From Hormiphora californensis (Eukaryota > Animalia > Ctenophora): a stretch of DNA of 64,000 nucleotides. A model generated the notes under the pieces. That model saw only the letters and a program-made list of their open reading frames with translations. It was not told where the DNA came from and did not search any database. The DNA lies in assembly GCA_020137815.1 (NCBI GenBank), contig CM035361.1:3782001-3846000 (forward strand), read 5' to 3'. The translations under genes were made by a program, and so were the position numbers. Shown in pieces: positions 48,801 through 61,604 of the stretch (positions are counted from its first letter, which is position 1; every line of letters begins with the position of its first letter).

Positions 48801-51800
48801 CAAGTGCATTTAGGCAGTGGATCTTCAAAGAGGCAAAGTTCAAATAGTGAAACGGGGAGGAGATCTTCCCTGAGCTCGCAAGAAGTTGATTCCAACGTTA
48901 AAAGTTCTAATAACATTGGTAAAAAATCAGCCGGCGGAGCACAAAATGTAAACCCAAAAGGTAGCAACGACCAGAAAATATCAAAAGACGCTTCCAGTAG
49001 TAGCTCGTCTTCAAAAGACACCTCCAGCTCCTCTTCGCATCACATGGAAGCTTCATCCTCCCTCCAAACAGACAGCAATAAATCAAGTGGTTTTGAAGGT
49101 CTCTTGGCGGAGGTCACCAAGAGATTCTCCCTCCCAACGTCCACCAAGTTTACCCTAGCTGAAAATGGGAATATGTCATCTGCTGTCAGAGCCTCTCAGG
49201 AGAGAGCTGACTCCTCGGAAAATGTATCAGCCAAAACTGGTTCAACCCACAGCAAAGACACCACGTCCAACAGCAATGAAAGAAACACTTCAAACGATGG
49301 CATGCCCCCTAAAGTTAACCAAGCCAAGGTCCCTCAGAATTTTGTCGTTCTCAAATTTGAAGATGACACATCGAACGAAGCTAATCGAAATCCCAAATCT
49401 CCACAAGAATCAGAGAATGAAAAGAGTGGATCATCCTCATCATCCTCTTCATCCTCTTCCTCCTCTTCCTCTTCAACAAAGTCTTCCTCCCCCAACTCCT
49501 CCCTGCGTTCCGGATCCCTTGGTGTCCTCCCCTCTGATGCCACCACCACAACAAACCACCCCCACACTTATCTAGACAGTCTCAAAACAGCACCTGTCAT
49601 GAGCACCCCCGAGGCACTGGCTCTATTGGATTACGGGACACGGTACTACCGTGATGATCAGGTGACAACGCAGGATAACACTGCTCCGGGGGCTGGTTCA
49701 CCCATCATGGTCAGTGAGATGGTCAGTGAGGTCGTTCAAGACGAGGATGATCAGAGGCTCCAAAGGGAAACGATTTCAGATGAAGATCAAGGGGAGGAAG
49801 GAGGTGTGGACCAGTTGGTCCCCTCGTGGGCTAATGACCCTACAGGGGTAGATCATTTACCCTCATGGGCCAATGATCTTAAAGATCTTCTCGATCAAGG
49901 GTTTGTGGAGATCGAGACTGCTTCAGAGGCTCTCAGCACGGTCAGCCGGGGTCTGAGCAGCGATAGAAAGGAGGATAACAGGAGAGAGTCCTGTGAGAAG
50001 GAAGTTGATGAAAGTCAGATATTATCGAGCGAGGAAGATGAGGATACGATGAGTACCACATCACCGGGATCATCACAACTAACATACTATTCCTCCTCTA
50101 ATGGTGCTCCTTCCCCCCGGGTGGTCCATATTTTGCATGAAGAGAAGGTCAGTGAAGTGGTGCTGACATCACCACTATCAGATGATCCTAACAATAATTC
50201 ATCTTCGAACCCTGCTAACTCATCCCCATCTTCAAACCCTGCTAATTCACACTCCTCCCCCGCTTCAACTGACGATAAATTCTTAGATAAAACTTGGTCC
50301 TATGGGGATCCCATTACCCTCAACAGATTTCAGTCTGAAGCTGATTTGGAAGATTTTAGGAGGCTGGGACTTGATGCCAACCCTCAGTTTATATCTAGCG
50401 AGGAGCTACGGAAGATAAGAGCGAGTTTTGGATCCCAACTCCCCGGGATGTTTCTATACACAGGCCCCTCGGGAAGCAATATAACTGTTCTTAGAGCTAG
50501 CTCAACGAGGTCACTTCACCGTCTGTCAAGGAGCAGGTTTTCATTGTCTTCACAGGTGACAGAACCTGCAGAGCAGGAGTTTCTCCTGGAATTGCAGTGT
50601 GAGAGTGGGACTGAGGAGGATGATGATATTGATGAAGGAGTAAAGAACGTACCGGTGAAGCCACCACGATCTCGTGCTAGTTCAGAAAACAGTAAAAAGA
50701 ATAGTAGACCAACGAATAGTAGACCAAAGTCAGTTGGGGGAATAGAAAACCTGTTGGCGGAGGTAACCAAGAAGTTTTCACTTCCAGAGACAACACAGTT
50801 CACCGTAGCAACGTCTGGCAACCGAGATTCAGCCTTGAAGCCCTTCCAAAGATCTCAGTCAGAAGATGTCAGTGCTGTATCAAACCCTATCAGTGAATCA
50901 GCCGCCCAACTGGAATACGATCTGTTCAGCCCGGGGATGTCAGAGTTTGAGAAAGCAAAGACTGACACTCTCCCCAATTCTTTCTTCGCGGACCCGACCA
51001 GTAAGTTGCTCAGTGGTGAATTCCCAAGTGAGGATGAATCGGGAGAGGATGCAGTGAAGGACCTTAGAACAACAACAACCAGCAGACATAGCTCCAGCAG
51101 AACACGTGATTCAAATAACCTGCATTCGTTTGTGGGGGGTTGCCTGGAAGATCAGAAATCCAACAGTAGAACTAGTGTGAGATTCGATCTTAGCAACGTG
51201 GTAACCACGACAACAGAAGACTCTAACAACAATAATCATGTAGATCTCACTGGAGATAACTTGACGGATGAAAGCGGGGAGGAGTATTTGTTTGGTTATG
51301 CCGAGGGGGATGATTCTAAAGGGTATTCCGAGACTTGTACCTCAACGTCAGCTCCCACAGAGTCAGTGCTATTGGACCTGGTTAATGAAGTTATCAAGGA
51401 CCAGAGACTAATTGTCACTGATTTTACCGAGTCCTGGGTTGATGGGAGGGCTCTTGTGGCCCTTGTCGACAAGAAGATACCTGGGTTTTATCAGTTTCAT
51501 AAACACAGATCCTCCTTCCAATCCGTAGCAGAGAGTTTAGAGGTTGCTAGGATACATCTGGGAGTGCCAACAGATGGTATCAGCCCTTACAATGTCATCA
51601 TCCCAGATGATGTGAAAACCAAGGATTTCCTGATATTCGTAGCTGATTTGTTGGATACGGAGGGGCACCAAGATATCACTAATGTTGATAAATTCGAGTC
51701 GACTGAGGTGCAGCTGGCCAATGAGGTGACTAGCTCCATCAAGACCCCTGATAGCCAGGCGAACCTACTAGATCAGCTCAATGACATCCTCTCTGGTTAC

Positions 51801-54800
51801 AACTTGGAGGTGGATGACTTTGGGAAGAGTTGGAGCAGTGGAGAGGCTCTGTTAGCCCTGACAGACACTTTTGTCCCAGGGGTCTATACTGATGGTATGA
51901 AGCTGAGCCCTGCAGATAGGGTCTTCTTTGGCCTAAAAACTGCCTTCCACTACCTTAATGTACTACCTCTGGTGTCAGCGGAGGAGATAGTGTATTCTCA
52001 TTTCCCTGACCAAACAGCTACCTACCTGCTGCAGTTCATCCCTATATATGAAGAATTGGTGAAACATATGGTCAGTCCACTGAGAAGACCACCCCCGGCT
52101 GCTAAAGTGAAGATTGTCCCACCACCCCGGTACTCCAAGTCTTCAACAACTACCAATAACTCTGAGTCAAGGATATATGACACAGTGGCAAGTAGCTCTG
52201 CAGAGAATCCGCGATCTAAACTCCCACTTCCAATCATCAAGCTAAATGATGAAACAATACGAACTTCACTAACGGTGTCAGAGATGACTGATAACAACGG
52301 AGTAGTTTCCATGGATACCAAAACTCCATCATCTGCCTCGCCACCTACCACAGATGCAGCCCAGGATACTAAAACGAGTGGAATTGGAACTGGAAGTCCC
52401 ACTACCACTGCCGGCCCCGTCAAGAGAGTGAATTCCATCTCAGTGGGAGACAACACGGAAATGAAGTCGCTCATGACACAGCTGATGAAAGTGTGTGAGC
52501 AGTTAGCAATTAACTCTAATTATGCTACAACCAGTACTACCACTGGGTCACCTATCGTGTTTAATATCCCACCACGACCTAGCCCCTCCACCTCTTCCGG
52601 GGAATCTTCACCCGCCCTCCAGAATAACAGAGACAGAAATGAATCGGAAGCTTTTTATAGCATTGCTGACAAGACAATCTTTATAAATTGTGATATACCC
52701 CACTCGACAATCAATAAGATGCTCCGGGCCCTCTACAGCAGGTTTGATGACCCTTCCAAACTAGATATCTACAGCCCAATGTGTTTCCAGGCAGACCGGT
52801 ACGGCTGCTGCAGTGAACCCTTTGTTCAAAACGGCGCTGCTGTCCTCCGGATTAGAGTCAGTAAAGACACTGAGTGCACTCACCCCAAAATGAAGACTGT
52901 GTTGACGGTAGGGAGAGATAAAATGATCCATGATAGGTTTAGGAACTCCTTCCATCTCCGAACGGGAAGTGTTACTTCCGAGGACCACGTGTATGACGTC
53001 ACGTCATCCCCTCTTGTGACGTCATCGCCTCAAATCACCAGACATCATCATCATACTAAGAACTGGTGGGGGACGGTACTAAAACGGCTGCGGAGACCAT
53101 TTAGAACGACTAAAAAGAGGAATAAGAGGCTGGCGAGGGGACGGCATACAGCCACCCAAACCTCTCCAAGAAGCCCTTCCTGGAGATCTCGTAGGTTGTC
53201 AGGACAGTGTTTTAACTTCCAAACTGGGAATAGTAAGGTACAAAGAGTGGCTAGTTTCAAACTGGCAGACACTCCTACTGATCTCACCTCATCTGAACAG
53301 AAGACCTACGGGATCTGGAGGAGGACAAGAGGCGGCCAGGCTAGTCTCTTTCATTCCAAAAGGATAAATCAGACCATCAATCCGTTAGACTGCGGAGTAG
53401 GAAGTGAAAACCAAAGTAGAAGATCAAAAACTCCCGAAACAAGATTTAGCAGAAGGTCCAAAACTTCAGAGGCTAGAAGTAATAAAAGATCAAAAACTCC
53501 AGAACTAGGCCGGAATAATAAACAACTTCCATCTCCATCTCCTCGTTGTCGTGTGGACTCCAAACACTCCCAAACAGTCTGGGATCCCTCCCTTCTTGAC
53601 AGGAAATCATCTTCTTCCATCATCTACCAGAACTGCACCTTCAACACCTACTGCTGTAAGGGTGATCACCATGGTAACACCTGTAAATCAACATGTGGTA
53701 ACCATGGTTACACCTGTAAATCAACATGTGGTAACCATGGTAACACTCAAGATGACGTCATTCAAGTAGTACCTGGTGGTGATAGCACCACGATACCAAG
53801 TCAGATGACCTCAGACGATGCTGACACCCCATATCTCCCTCCCCGCCCCAAGAAATGGAATGCAATGATTTTAGAGTTACGGAACCATTTGAAAGAAGCT
53901 CAAAAGTTGCAGTTTGTGTCCTCTTTTAACTCTGAGACCATTAACCCCGGGTTAACCTCAATACCACGTGACATTAGTTGCCATGGTAACTCACGTGATG
54001 GTAACAACATCCCTTGTTCAGAGACAGATCGATATCTATCATCCCTTCCCAGTGCTCACGTGACATTTGGATCTCCATTTGAGATCAGACTCAGTTCTAT
54101 GTCGACACCCACTAACCTCGTTACTGATGGTGGCAGTGATGAGATCATCGTGACGTCATCGTCTCCTCTAATGACGTCACCACTCAATATGACGTCACCA
54201 CTCAGGTCTGTCTGTCTAACTGACATTGAACGGGAGGTGGACTTTGCTGTGTCTCAGGTGGAGAGTTATAACAGATCCCTGACTCTGCGAGATACTGAAA
54301 CACAGACGATTGTGAATGAATTGGATCAGATGTCGAACAATCAAACCTACAAACACCTTGTTGAGATCAACATCAAGGCAGACACCACACCTGACAACGA
54401 GACAAGCACATCTGGTCGTCATGGCAACGAGACAAGCACATCTGGTCGTCATGACAACAGCACAACGGCGCCTACATCAGATTCATCACCCTCCACCACT
54501 CCTCCTGCAGCTAAAGAGTCATCAACGTCATCATCTCGAGATAATGAGTCGGAGTTTGTCTACACTCTCTCCCAGACAGACAATGTGAACTGTAATACGA
54601 GAGAGGAACACACTACTGGGGTCTCTTCCAAGACAGATAAGGTTGTAAGAAAGGTGCGGAGAAAGAAGGTGAGACAGCATCCTGTGACGACTCCCAGTGA
54701 GAGTGATCCCTCTGGACCTGGTTACCATGGTAACTCAGGACCAATCCAGGGACGGATAGATTCCAATGTTCTGGCAACGATTTTAGGAGAGCAGAAACGA

Positions 54801-54893
54801 ATTGAGAGAAGGGTGAAGAGGTGCAGTGATATTTGTAAAAAGTGTAATAGAAAGAAGAAGAGGGGATCAGGGGTAAAGAGGGAGCACCACTGA
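45875..54893 (+). CDS. Large calponin-homology protein (filamin-type actin-binding domain plus two more CH domains, mostly Ser-rich and disordered), 6 coding exons, about 2666 aa
   Basis: Exons 45875-45931, 46170-46320, 46526-46626, 46804-46880, 47115-47248 and 47413-54893. CH1: WVTAQSNTFSRWMN..DLKDG..LVNIGAEDVVKGNQKLVLAVVWAII. CH2: NLSSDWKDGKVL..SMMTYLSGF. CH3: DFTESWVDGRAL. CH4: DFGKSWSSGEAL. AATAAA at about 55165. Confidence 0.88.
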
Positions 54894-55340
54894 TAACCCG
54901 AAAGTGAAACAAGTTAGATCTAAGTTGATATAACTTATCGTTTCACTCTGTCATTCGGCTCTCGGAGATCCCGCGAGCACTGTTGGTGGGAGGTGAACAA
55001 GTCGTGTGAGCACTGCAATAATAACCATATGAGCCTGATGGCATGAGTGTTTGCTTTGTTTTATAGTGTGTTTTAGTTCACTCTCAAACAATGGAGGGTT
55101 CCATGTGAGCTACTTTTTGTTTTAGTTTTACCGTTTTACATTGTGTTGAGTTTCAACATTCTAAAATAAACTTGTTCTGAGATTTCAATGAAAAATATAG
55201 TTTCAAACAAATCTTCATCTTATCGGGTTTCGCAGCACATTTAAAAACAAATTTTATCACAAAAATTATCTATTTTCGTGTAAGAACAATGTGACATTGT
55301 TCTTACACAAAAATTTTCTGAGAACATCCCCAGCAGCATC

Positions 55341-58300
55341 TCACTTCTTAGAGCTTGTACTGCTACTGCTACTGCTGCTACTACTGCTGCTACTGCTACT
55401 ATTAGAAGAATGATCAGACACCCTTTCAACTAATTTCCCGTCATCACAATTCTCACTCTTTCCACTGATGACTTCACTCTTGTCACTCACAGTCTCTAAT
55501 TTGTCACTGGTTGGAATTACAACTTCTGCTCTGTTCTCATTCTGTTCCCCCTCAACAATTGGAACCGACCCTTCTAGATGGGCATCTATGATCAAAATCT
55601 GTTCTGATTCTGGCACCCCATCTATCACACTCTGTTCTGGTCCTGATACCTCTGCATCTATCAAATCCACCTCTAACTCCGCATCACCTTCTTCCTCCTC
55701 TGCAGCAGGTTTAAAAACCTCAACATTCTTCTTCTGATGGTGATGCATTACAATCACAGGGATCTTTAAACTCGGCTTAACCGTGTGACGTACAATGAAC
55801 AGTTTCTTAATTGTAGTTATTTTCAACATTTTTAACCCCCGTTTCTTCTTTTTTATGACCGGATCAACTGAGTCTGATCGGTTGTCATGGTGACCAACAA
55901 CAATGGACCCTTGACGACCACTTGGTAATAACATGGGATGCTGATCTCGCTTCCCCTCCTCGTCCTCTTCCCCACTTTCCTCACTAAGATGGTCAGATAA
56001 CACAAGGTTATCAAAATTAATTGTGCACTCCCCAAATACACCATCTGAAAATATTCTGTCGTCTTCATCTTCGAACTCAGAAAATGAGTCTTCTGCTGCT
56101 GAACCAATTGATGCGGGAGGTTTAGTTCTGGCTGGTAAAGTAGCTGCAGAATGAACTTTTGTAACTGGTAAAGTTGCTGCAGAATAAACTGTTGTAGGGG
56201 GTGGGGGAGCAACTAACATCTCAGAGGGACGCCGTCTGTTGCCAAGACTACGGAGTCCGTAATCCGCAGGGCGGGTCTTGTGGTGGACTCTCCTGGGGAG
56301 GGAGAGGTACTCCCGAGCCCTCACATTCTTGTACAACACAGTTCTCCGGGAGAGATCATCAAAATCTGGCTCTGGATCAGAGAATCCCAGGTTGTCCTGG
56401 ACACTGACTCGCCGGAGTTTGTGTTTTGGAAGTCGGAGGGAATTGTATAGCACATCAACCGACAGTCGGCGTGAACGATCCTTTCTTGGCTTCTTTTTGT
56501 TACTGGAGTGAGTCCTCTTGGTCGCTTTTCTGTTAAGAGTTCCCTTCTTCTCCACTTGGTCCACTGCAGGCTCGGTCCACTTTACAGCCGATTGTTGATC
56601 AGGTGACGGAGTTTTCTCTTCTTCTTCGGTGGTCGCTATGGTAACCGGTAAACTGTTCCTTTTCTCCTCCTCTCCCATGTCAAGGGACTTTCGCTGGAAG
56701 AACGTTTTCAGCAAACTGGAATGCCGGGACACCTTCTTCATTTTCCTTGCCGGTCTCGGTGGTGGAGTTCTGTTTTGGTTGTCATGGTGACCATGGTTGT
56801 CATGGTGACCATGGTTGTCATGGTGACCATCAGATGACCTCAACTCCTCCACATCTGATGTCTGCTGGTCGGTTGTATCCACGGCGAATGTGGATGTCTC
56901 CTCGATGGATACAGAGTTGTTGTCGCCCCGGTTACCATGGTGATCTTTGAAGCGATTCACATGATGCAGGTCAGTGTGATTTGGTTCAATGTTCTCATAA
57001 TCAGGTCGCGCTGTTTCCGGGAAATGGGATCCTTCGTTTTCTGGGAAATCCATATTATCATAATCATGACTCTTGTCTTCTGATGAGCTGTTTGGTTTCA
57101 GTCCGAGTGATTCAATATCATCATAACTGTGATTTCGCGCGAGAACTGGAGTTTCCGGCTCAGTTGGGGGGTCAATTGAAGGCGGGTGGGGGGAGGTCTC
57201 TGACGCAAAGGATGGTATCCTGGCCCGAACTTTAGGTTTTTCTAGTCGAAGTGATCCCGTACTGTTCTGTCTGGTGATTTTAATTCTCAAACTGTTCTTG
57301 GTGTTTTTCATTCGGGATATCAAACTTCTGCGTTTAGTTTTCCGAGGTTTAGGACTCGGGGCTGCTTCTTCTTCGATCACGATCACTGTTTTGTAAACTT
57401 CCTCTTTTTCCTCTGATTCAACCGAGGGAGGTTCAACTGCTCTCACTACCTCCCCAACTTTCACTACTTCAGTATACACAACGGGGTCTTGTGATCCGTT
57501 CTCAAATCCCGATTCGAGCATATTTCCCAGTCCCTCTAGCGAGTCAGACCCATTTCCCAGTCCCTCTAGCGAGTCAGACCCATTTCCCAGTCCCTCTAGC
57601 GAGTCGGAATCACGTTTAATTCCCTCGAGCGAGTCGGAACCGGTAGAATTTTGTGAGCCATCAGGTGGCGGCAAATTAACAACCGCTGATGAAGAAGACC
57701 GCTTCAATGGGGTGGTCTCTGGAGAGGTAGATCGTGAGGGCATCTCAGCTGGCAAAACATCTAATTGTTCTTCAGGATTGGAAACTTCTTTTTCTAATCT
57801 TGGAGCTGGACCAATAAGTATCCTGGTGGGAGCATTATCAGGTTCAGGGGCCATTGGTGTCTTACCTCCCCCAGGGGTACTGTGGTCATCTTGTGTCCTG
57901 CTGCTGGTAGATCTTGTTTCAGAACTTGTCGAGCTCTCAGACGATGAACTGTCTGATCTGTCCGGGCTTGTTTTGCTATGTGAGTCACTTGTCTTGCTAA
58001 CTGATCCAGAACTACTCGTTTTGCTATGTGACCCTGAACTGGTTTTGCTGTGTGACCCGGAACTTGTTTTGCTATGTGATCCAGTGGAACTCTCGGAACT
58101 ACTTGATTTTGAAGATGAACTGGTGTCATCAGAAACGCTTCCATTAGAGTTACTACTTTTAAAACTCTCACTTTTCTCATCTGTCACATTATTGGTCTCA
58201 GCAATTAACCCTGTTGTCTCTGTAGATCTAACTCCTGTTCTCTGCACAGAACTTCCGCCCTTCCTGATGATATGGACAGTCTCAATAGTTTCCTCAATAA

Positions 58301-58349
58301 TCTCCTCCTCCTCGGAAGCAGAGTAGAAATCTGAAGACTCCGAGGACAT
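55341..58349 (-). CDS. 1002-aa Ser/Glu/Lys-rich, probably disordered protein of unknown function
   Basis: 3-kb uninterrupted ORF from ATG, mostly non-repetitive. Short internal repeats (SSGSHSKT x3, GSDSLEGLGN x3, HHDNHG x3). No domain recognised. Confidence 0.75.
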   Translation of the reverse strand: MSSESSDFYSASEEEEIIEETIETVHIIRKGGSSVQRTGVRSTETTGLIAETNNVTDEKSESFKSSNSNGSVSDDTSSSSKSSSSESSTGSHSKTSSGSHSKTSSGSHSKTSSSGSVSKTSDSHSKTSPDRSDSSSSESSTSSETRSTSSRTQDDHSTPGGGKTPMAPEPDNAPTRILIGPAPRLEKEVSNPEEQLDVLPAEMPSRSTSPETTPLKRSSSSAVVNLPPPDGSQNSTGSDSLEGIKRDSDSLEGLGNGSDSLEGLGNGSDSLEGLGNMLESGFENGSQDPVVYTEVVKVGEVVRAVEPPSVESEEKEEVYKTVIVIEEEAAPSPKPRKTKRRSLISRMKNTKNSLRIKITRQNSTGSLRLEKPKVRARIPSFASETSPHPPSIDPPTEPETPVLARNHSYDDIESLGLKPNSSSEDKSHDYDNMDFPENEGSHFPETARPDYENIEPNHTDLHHVNRFKDHHGNRGDNNSVSIEETSTFAVDTTDQQTSDVEELRSSDGHHDNHGHHDNHGHHDNQNRTPPPRPARKMKKVSRHSSLLKTFFQRKSLDMGEEEKRNSLPVTIATTEEEEKTPSPDQQSAVKWTEPAVDQVEKKGTLNRKATKRTHSSNKKKPRKDRSRRLSVDVLYNSLRLPKHKLRRVSVQDNLGFSDPEPDFDDLSRRTVLYKNVRAREYLSLPRRVHHKTRPADYGLRSLGNRRRPSEMLVAPPPPTTVYSAATLPVTKVHSAATLPARTKPPASIGSAAEDSFSEFEDEDDRIFSDGVFGECTINFDNLVLSDHLSEESGEEDEEGKRDQHPMLLPSGRQGSIVVGHHDNRSDSVDPVIKKKKRGLKMLKITTIKKLFIVRHTVKPSLKIPVIVMHHHQKKNVEVFKPAAEEEEGDAELEVDLIDAEVSGPEQSVIDGVPESEQILIIDAHLEGSVPIVEGEQNENRAEVVIPTSDKLETVSDKSEVISGKSENCDDGKLVERVSDHSSNSSSSSSSSSSSSSSTSSKK

Positions 58350-58596
58350 AGCTTGTCTTTCAGGTAATGCCCTTATTTGGTGGTATATCTGTCACGTTAT
58401 GCCCTTATTTGGTGGTATATCTGTCACGTTATGCCCTTATTTGGTGGTATCTGTCATGTGATCTGGTCATTAAGGACAACTCTGAAATTACAATGCTGCT
58501 CCACAACAAACGAAATAACAACAAAGCACGTGCAACAAGGAACGAAGGTGCAGTTATTACATGATACGCTTGTACTTCAGTGCATTCGGTGTAGCT

Positions 58597-58665
<69 letters not shown>

Positions 58666-58765
58666 GCGAGAATAGATAGTACGAGATAGCGATTCAGAGA
58701 TGCGAGAGCGATATCTCGATATCGGAGCGACAGCTCTCCGATGCTTGCTCTTCTCTCTCTTCTCT

Positions 58766-58805
<40 letters not shown>

Positions 58806-58887
58806 CATCTCTCTTCTCTCTCTCTCTCTCTCTCTCTCTCCTCTCTCTCTCCTCTCTCCTCTCTCTCTCTCTCTCTCCTCTCTCTCT

Positions 58888-58985
<98 letters not shown>

Positions 58986-59331
58986 CTCTCTCTCTCTCTC
59001 TCTCTCTATCGCTCTCTCTACTCTCTCCTCTCCCCCCGCACCCCCATCGTGCTCCGACAAGAGATGGAATGTCCGGCTGTGATTGATGGATTCATATTTC
59101 AAGCCACAGGTGTTTAAGCATTCTTCTTCGAACACAAAAATTTCCCAATTCCCAATTCTCTACATCCATCTCTACATAAACGGCTCTCTCTCCCAGCTCC
59201 CCAAATGGAGCAAGGCTTGTTGAGTTCCATTAGCTCTCTCTTTCTTTCTCTACTGCTGATTCAGTCTGCTCTTTCTCTCTCTCTCTCTCTCTGTTCAAAT
59301 CCTCTCCTCGAGGTATAAACCTGGTTGTGTA

Positions 59332-60404
59332 GGGGAGACTTGGCCATAACGGTATACCATCCTTTTTCCCCATATATCTCCATTTCTACTGGCTCTTCCC
59401 CCTTCATTTTTATTTGGTTGTATTTTTCATTGTTAGATTTATCATTTCCCTGAAATATATCTTCCTACCTACACCCAAAGATGAGCAACGGTACTATCCC
59501 ATTTGGTATAAAATTTATGCAGTGGCTAAAAATTTTGGCGAAACGGGACATACCTTTTTCGGGTCAAACGGGATATCCCATTTAACCGAAGTTACGTGTC
59601 CCATTTTGCCAAAACCACTTTAGTTTGGGAAGAACTTTAATTATATGCCAAGCACGGGGTTATTAATTGGAAGTAAGTATAGAAATATTGTTTAAACATA
59701 AATTATTTGTGTTATGCACAAATGACGTTTTGTTTCCCGGCCGAAAATGGATGTATTATTGATGTCTATGCTTCAAAACTTGGTTTTTTGATGAATTTTG
59801 TGCTATCAAACATTTTTCGGCTGATCCAATGTTAGTTGCCATGGTTTCCTAGGTGGTTGCTATGGTAACAAAACGATCCCAAGCAGTTGCTATGGAAATC
59901 AATAAAGATACTTAGATCTTAGGTCAAACGGGATAGCAAACTTTGGTAAAATAGGATATCCCATTTTAGCAAATTTGGCCCAAATTTGGTAAAATGGGAT
60001 ATCCCATTTTGGACAAGGTGTAAATGTCCCATATAACCCAAACTGAACAACTTAACTATATCAACTATTTAACAAACACTGTAATTTGAGAAAGGTTAAA
60101 AATATTTAAGGGTGCAAGAAAATTATACTGGCTAATATTTCCGCCCAAAAACTGGTAACAATCTACCAAGAGAGCTGTGTAATCGAGCTTAACACAAGAT
60201 CAAATTTTCGACTTAGATAATTCTGTGGGAAACCACTTACACACGACACCATCTATTTGTCAGAAAATGATAATAATCAATGGAAAATGATCCTTGAACA
60301 AAGAGGATCGTATTGTAGTGTTCAGTTTGTGTCTGAACCTTATTATCTTACGTACAGCCCAAGATCCCATTTGGGCACACGGCCCATATTGGCCAAGTCT
60401 CCCC
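59332..60404. mobile_element. Non-autonomous TA-targeting (Tc1/mariner/pogo-like) element
   Basis: TIR GGGGAGACTTGGCCA / TGGCCAAGTCTCCCC with TA on both sides. Paralogous empty site ACCTGTTCTG-TA-CTGATCGTTG at about 62421-62442. Confidence 0.8.
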
Positions 60405-60745
60405 TACTGATCGTTGACTTCCCCCATTAGCAGTTTACCGTGTATAAGGTCCAAATAAGGCACAGCGCTTTTCTGAATCAGCAATTCGAGAATCCAACGC
60501 ACCCAGAATTAACTTTTCGGGAAGTCTGGCACCTGAACCTTGATTTTTTGTCATTTATTATAATCCCCATGCTGAGATTTCCGGAGGTGCAAGGGCTTGG
60601 TCGGCAAACTATAATTTTCATTACTTTTATCTCATTCTAAATTGAATGTTGTGAACCACGGTCTTACCAATTACACTTTGAAAACCTTTTTATCAGTGCA
60701 AAGAACTCAACTGCTACCGCCCTCTTTTACTAAGTGCAGATACCT

Positions 60746-61604
60746 ATGTGTGTTAATACGATACGTCTCCTTCTCTTTGCATTGTGTGGAACAGTTGTTC
60801 TCACTGCAGGTTAGTCAAATAATATTAGATGAATAATTAATGCTTCTTAGTTTATAAAATAGGCGAAAAATTTGGCTCCATTACAACATATTCTCGCTCT
60901 TGCTTCAGTAAACTTTTAGTGGTTCATATAAGTTATACGTAATAGTTATATCATAACTTTTCAGAGTGGACAGCTGTAAATCGGGATGTTCTAATACCAT
61001 GGGACTTGGAGACAACACCCCTCGAGATAAAGACGGACTCTGCACTGGGCAGTGGTAATAGGATCTGGGTGAGGATGTACGACAAGGACAGCAACTATAT
61101 CAGTATTGTAGGTGTGAAGTTCTCCTCCACAATGCAGTATTGGATATACCGTTGCAGCGGCAACTACACACACCTGCCAGTGCAACCCCCGGTGGATGCG
61201 GAGACGATCTGGACGATCGAAAAAACAGAGACCGCCCTTTTCATAACATGTAATGATGTTGAAGTGCTGGACTATCTTTTCACAAACAGTTCAGATGACC
61301 GCTGTGTTCCAACTTTGGGCGGTGATGTCGTGGAGCAGATCGAGTTTAGCAGTACTTATGACACAGCATCTGACTTAATTTTGCAAGGTAAAATATTAAA
61401 TATATAGTGGAAGATCTGATCTACCCGTAATTAAATTAACGGCCCTTAACACCATAACATCACTTTTTATCTTTTTTAGTAATCGTCTCTTAAATTTCAG
61501 ATTGTGATAATGGGGACTCCTGTAACTGGTCAGACCGAACGGATCTATCTCACTTCCTCTCTGCATCACTAGCCATTATCCTGTTTTTCTGGGTGGTGAT
61601 CTGA
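60746..61604 (+). CDS. Small secreted or GPI/TM-anchored protein with an unnamed ~135-aa domain, 3 exons, about 196 aa (paralogue 1)
   Basis: Exons 60746-60809 (signal peptide MCVNTIRLLLFALCGTVVLTA), 60965-61387 (WTAV..IPWDLETTPLEIKTDS..LPVQPP..IWTI..DTASD) and 61501-61604 (hydrophobic C-tail). Both introns are phase 1 GT-AG. Confidence 0.8.

Noticed and set aside
47573-58326. Antisense ORFs over the two large genes, and similar ones over the transposase and ENaC exons
   Set aside because: Shadow frames of Ser/Glu-rich coding sequence with no independent motifs.
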